Source: Alkalispirochaeta sp.
GTDB lineage: Bacteria; Spirochaetota; Spirochaetia; DSM-27196; Alkalispirochaetaceae
NCBI GenBank assembly: GCA_965601925.1
Contig: OZ271854.1
Span: 896,001-960,000, forward strand
Direction of reading: 5' to 3'
Length of the DNA: 64,000 bases
Position 1 is the first letter of the stretch, and each line of letters starts with the position of its first letter. Below the pieces are notes generated by a model. It made no database searches and was not told the DNA's origin. It worked only from the letters and a program-made list of their open reading frames with translations. Of this stretch, positions 61,535 through 64,000 are shown one piece after another. A program made the translations under genes and the position numbers.

Positions 61535-62428
61535 CTATTGGGCGCCTTTCGGAGTCTCCCAGCCGTCGGCGCGGAGGAAGTCCTCAAGAGATAACGCGTC
61601 GGGATACCACCGCTTGAGAAAGTGCGGATCACCGTCCTGACCAAATTGATCGAAGTACCGATACATGGCCGTCAGGTCCTCGCCCTGCGTCCGGAGGCAC
61701 GCGTCCCACGACATACGTACATAACGAACCGGTCGACCGATCACGCGGGAGAAGGTCTCCGCGATTTCCATAGGCGTCGACACCTCGCCCGCCAGCGGCA
61801 CGATCCGACCGGTCCACACGTCGGGATGTTCCAACGCGACGACCGCCATCGCGGCTATGTCTGCTACAGCGACCTGGCGGTAGACCGTGGTCGGGGCAAG
61901 GGGCAGTGTAATAAAGCCTTCGCGTTCAATCTCTTCTCGATCCCACGCCCAGTTATCCATGAAGGCGGCGGGGCGAAGGACGGTCCAGGGGATATCGAGG
62001 GATCGTACACGCTGCTCGACGCGCCACTTGCTGTCCAAATGGGGGACACCGGTACTGCGATCCTGGGTACAGGCGCCGTTGTAGACGATATGGTCAACCC
62101 CCGCGGCGGCGGCCGCATCGGCCAGATTGAATCCCATTGTCACCTCGACCTCGACACCGGCCTCCAAAAAATCCTGAACGGAAAACACCGCACCCGCTCC
62201 GGCCAGCGCGCCCTCGAGCGCGGTGCGATCGGTGAGATCGGCTTCCACGATTTCGGCACCGCTCCGTTTGAGTGCGATTGCGGCCGGCTTGTCGGGACTA
62301 CGGGTCAATGCACGCACCGCGTGGCCGCGCTTCAGGAGCCTGCGGGCGACGGCCCCTCCCTGGCTCCCCGTCGCGCCGGCCACGACGACCGGACGTGTAT
62401 AGATTTTGGATGTGCTTTGCTTCGTCAT
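61535..62428 (-). CDS. NmrA/HSCARG-family NAD(P)-binding protein
   Basis: GATGSQGGAVA, VPHLDSK and LRPAAFMDN. Confidence 0.92.
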   Translation of the reverse strand: MTKQSTSKIYTRPVVVAGATGSQGGAVARRLLKRGHAVRALTRSPDKPAAIALKRSGAEIVEADLTDRTALEGALAGAGAVFSVQDFLEAGVEVEVTMGFNLADAAAAAGVDHIVYNGACTQDRSTGVPHLDSKWRVEQRVRSLDIPWTVLRPAAFMDNWAWDREEIEREGFITLPLAPTTVYRQVAVADIAAMAVVALEHPDVWTGRIVPLAGEVSTPMEIAETFSRVIGRPVRYVRMSWDACLRTQGEDLTAMYRYFDQFGQDGDPHFLKRWYPDALSLEDFLRADGWETPKGAQ

Positions 62429-62505
62429 TCATACTCTCCCTACGAAAAGATGGCTATGTTCGTGCGAGCGCCCACCCGAACAAATACTAAATCAAATCAA
62501 TCATA

Positions 62506-62548
62506 TATGATACGGTACAGTATCGTACTATCGTGTGCGTATCGTCAA
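62506..62548 (-). promoter_or_regulatory. Probable TetR operator over the nmrA-like promoter
   Basis: Near-palindrome GATAC-G-GTAC-A-GTATC at 62509-62524; TTGACG on - at 62548-62543; TetR gene immediately upstream. Confidence 0.55.
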
Positions 62549-62677
62549 CGCTTCGTTCAAAGATCTCGGGAGACAGTCTTCAACGGGAGCCGGACACGAG
62601 GCGCGGCGAAGAAGGTCTACGGATCCCGTACCGTGGATGTGAAGAGTGCCGGACGCCGATGTGAGGTGTGCTGCGAC

Positions 62678-63265
62678 TTACGGGAGTGTGACGCCAAAGA
62701 GCGTTTCGACGCACTGATTCGCCCAACGCTTGGGAGTTGTCGACGGCTCAGCGTCGAGTCCTAAGCGCGCTCTCACAAAGGCCAGCCCTTCCCACATACT
62801 GAGCAGATTGTCCGCCAAATCGTTCGCAGCGAGAGGCTTTGTCACGAATCCACGTCGCTTTCCGTGTTCGATCAGCTCGGCAACGTAAGCATGGGTGCGT
62901 TCGTAGGTGGCGTGGTAATAGATCTGAACCATATGTGTATGGTTGCGCACCTCCTCTTGAATCATCTGATGGAACTGGACGACCCTGCGGCTCCTCAGTA
63001 GTGTTAGTAGATTCTCGCCGTACCGCGCGATGGAGAGCCAGAACTCTTCGGGCGTCTCGGGATGCTCGGTCACACCCAAGGTAAAAGCGTTACCTTCCAG
63101 CGTGACAACGGCCTCGAAGACGCCGTCCATGCTCCCAAAGTACTTGTAGATCGATGTTTTTGAGACGCCGGCTTCCTTTGCGAGACGATCGGTGGTAATC
63201 GCGGAGAAGCCCTCATCGAAAAAGAGCCGTCGCCCGGTCTCCAAGATTCTCGCCTCGGGCCTCAT
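62678..63265 (-). CDS. TetR/AcrR-family transcriptional regulator
   Basis: ILETGRRLFFDEGFSAITTDRLAKEAGVSKTSIYKYF HTH. Confidence 0.92.
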   Translation of the reverse strand: MRPEARILETGRRLFFDEGFSAITTDRLAKEAGVSKTSIYKYFGSMDGVFEAVVTLEGNAFTLGVTEHPETPEEFWLSIARYGENLLTLLRSRRVVQFHQMIQEEVRNHTHMVQIYYHATYERTHAYVAELIEHGKRRGFVTKPLAANDLADNLLSMWEGLAFVRARLGLDAEPSTTPKRWANQCVETLFGVTLP

Positions 63266-63485
63266 CGATCCCCTTTGCTGAGTGCGCTCGTCGTCGCCTC
63301 GTCTCGTCCCGGTACTAATATCGGCCCGAACCCTTTCATCGGTATCTCTCCCATGCGCCCGACTAACTGCATCTTACGTCGCACGTTCGTCGCCCCGGCA
63401 CGCCGATTCGTGCTCCGAGCTCCCGAAGAGACCGACGAGTGATGATAGGAAAAGCCGGTCCGTCGCGCAACGGCTCCTCATACGC

Positions 63486-64000
63486 TCACTCCCGATGCTC
63501 GTCGCGCATCCACTGCCCGGGCGCGACCCCGACATGCTTGCGGAATGTTCGATAAAAGTTTGCCAGGTCGTCAAACCCCACCGCGAATGCGGCTCCTACG
63601 ATGGAATGGTCGTGATCGCGCATGAGCTTCTGCGCCGCCGTGATCCGTAGTCGCTGCACGCTGACGACGAAGCTTTCACCTACTACCATGCGCCAGAGTT
63701 CCGAGAAACGCCTTCGTGAAAGGTGTACCTCCGCCGCCGCCTTATCCAAGGGCCATCCTTCATGTACGAGTTCAGGAAGTGTCGCGGAGAAGGCCCGCAC
63801 CCGTTCGCGGGCGTCGGGGACGCGGGGGCGCTGCTGCAGTCGGTGGAGCTCCACCAGGAATCGGCTGAAGGCGGTCTCTATCTCCAAGCGGCGCGCACCG
63901 CCGTGAGGCGCCTGTGTACCGCGCGCATCCGACAAAGCCGGTCGACTCAGGGCGATCAGCTCTCTCCACGGCGCATCGCGAAGATGCATCGGAGCGGAGT
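63486..64000 (-). CDS. AraC-family transcriptional regulator, 5' part outside the window
   Basis: AAAEVHLSRRRFS...RITAAQKL...AFAVGFDDLANFYRTFRK..G..P. Confidence 0.88.
   Translation of the reverse strand, partial: SAPMHLRDAPWRELIALSRPALSDARGTQAPHGGARRLEIETAFSRFLVELHRLQQRPRVPDARERVRAFSATLPELVHEGWPLDKAAAEVHLSRRRFSELWRMVVGESFVVSVQRLRITAAQKLMRDHDHSIVGAAFAVGFDDLANFYRTFRKHVGVAPGQWMRDEHRE

Overview
GC-rich bacterial DNA that is densely coding and almost entirely metabolic. The FAGG/AGGQTE-type signal peptides on the solute-binding proteins suggest a free-living spirochaete (inference only). In order: a 5'-truncated LarA-family epimerase and gnd; the oadGAB Na+-pumping decarboxylase; an orphan PAS histidine kinase; an ABC transporter with a metallophosphoesterase; a ~960-aa NAD-glutamate dehydrogenase; a hexuronate operon (DeoR, uxuB-like SDR, uxaC, uxaE) divergent from a YesMN-like two-component system and a TRAP transporter; a small accessory patch (GNAT with an internal stop, Lnt-like nitrilase, gene remnant, lipoprotein hydrolase); a myo-inositol cluster (ABC, LacI, two iolG-like genes, iolB, iolD, iolE, iolA); a LacI-flanked cluster (oligogalacturonate-lyase-like, GDPD, unknown protein, HAD fusion, Opp-type ABC); an MNT-HEPN pair; and several oxidoreductases and regulators. 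The best candidate for an undescribed system is the inositol cluster. It has no iolC kinase or iolJ aldolase in the window but carries an atypical transaldolase-family gene co-transcribed with iolA, which suggests kinase-free cleavage of 2-deoxy-5-keto-gluconate. I saw no rRNA, tRNA, CRISPR array, transposase or integrase. All calls come from motifs recognised by eye; no database searches were run.
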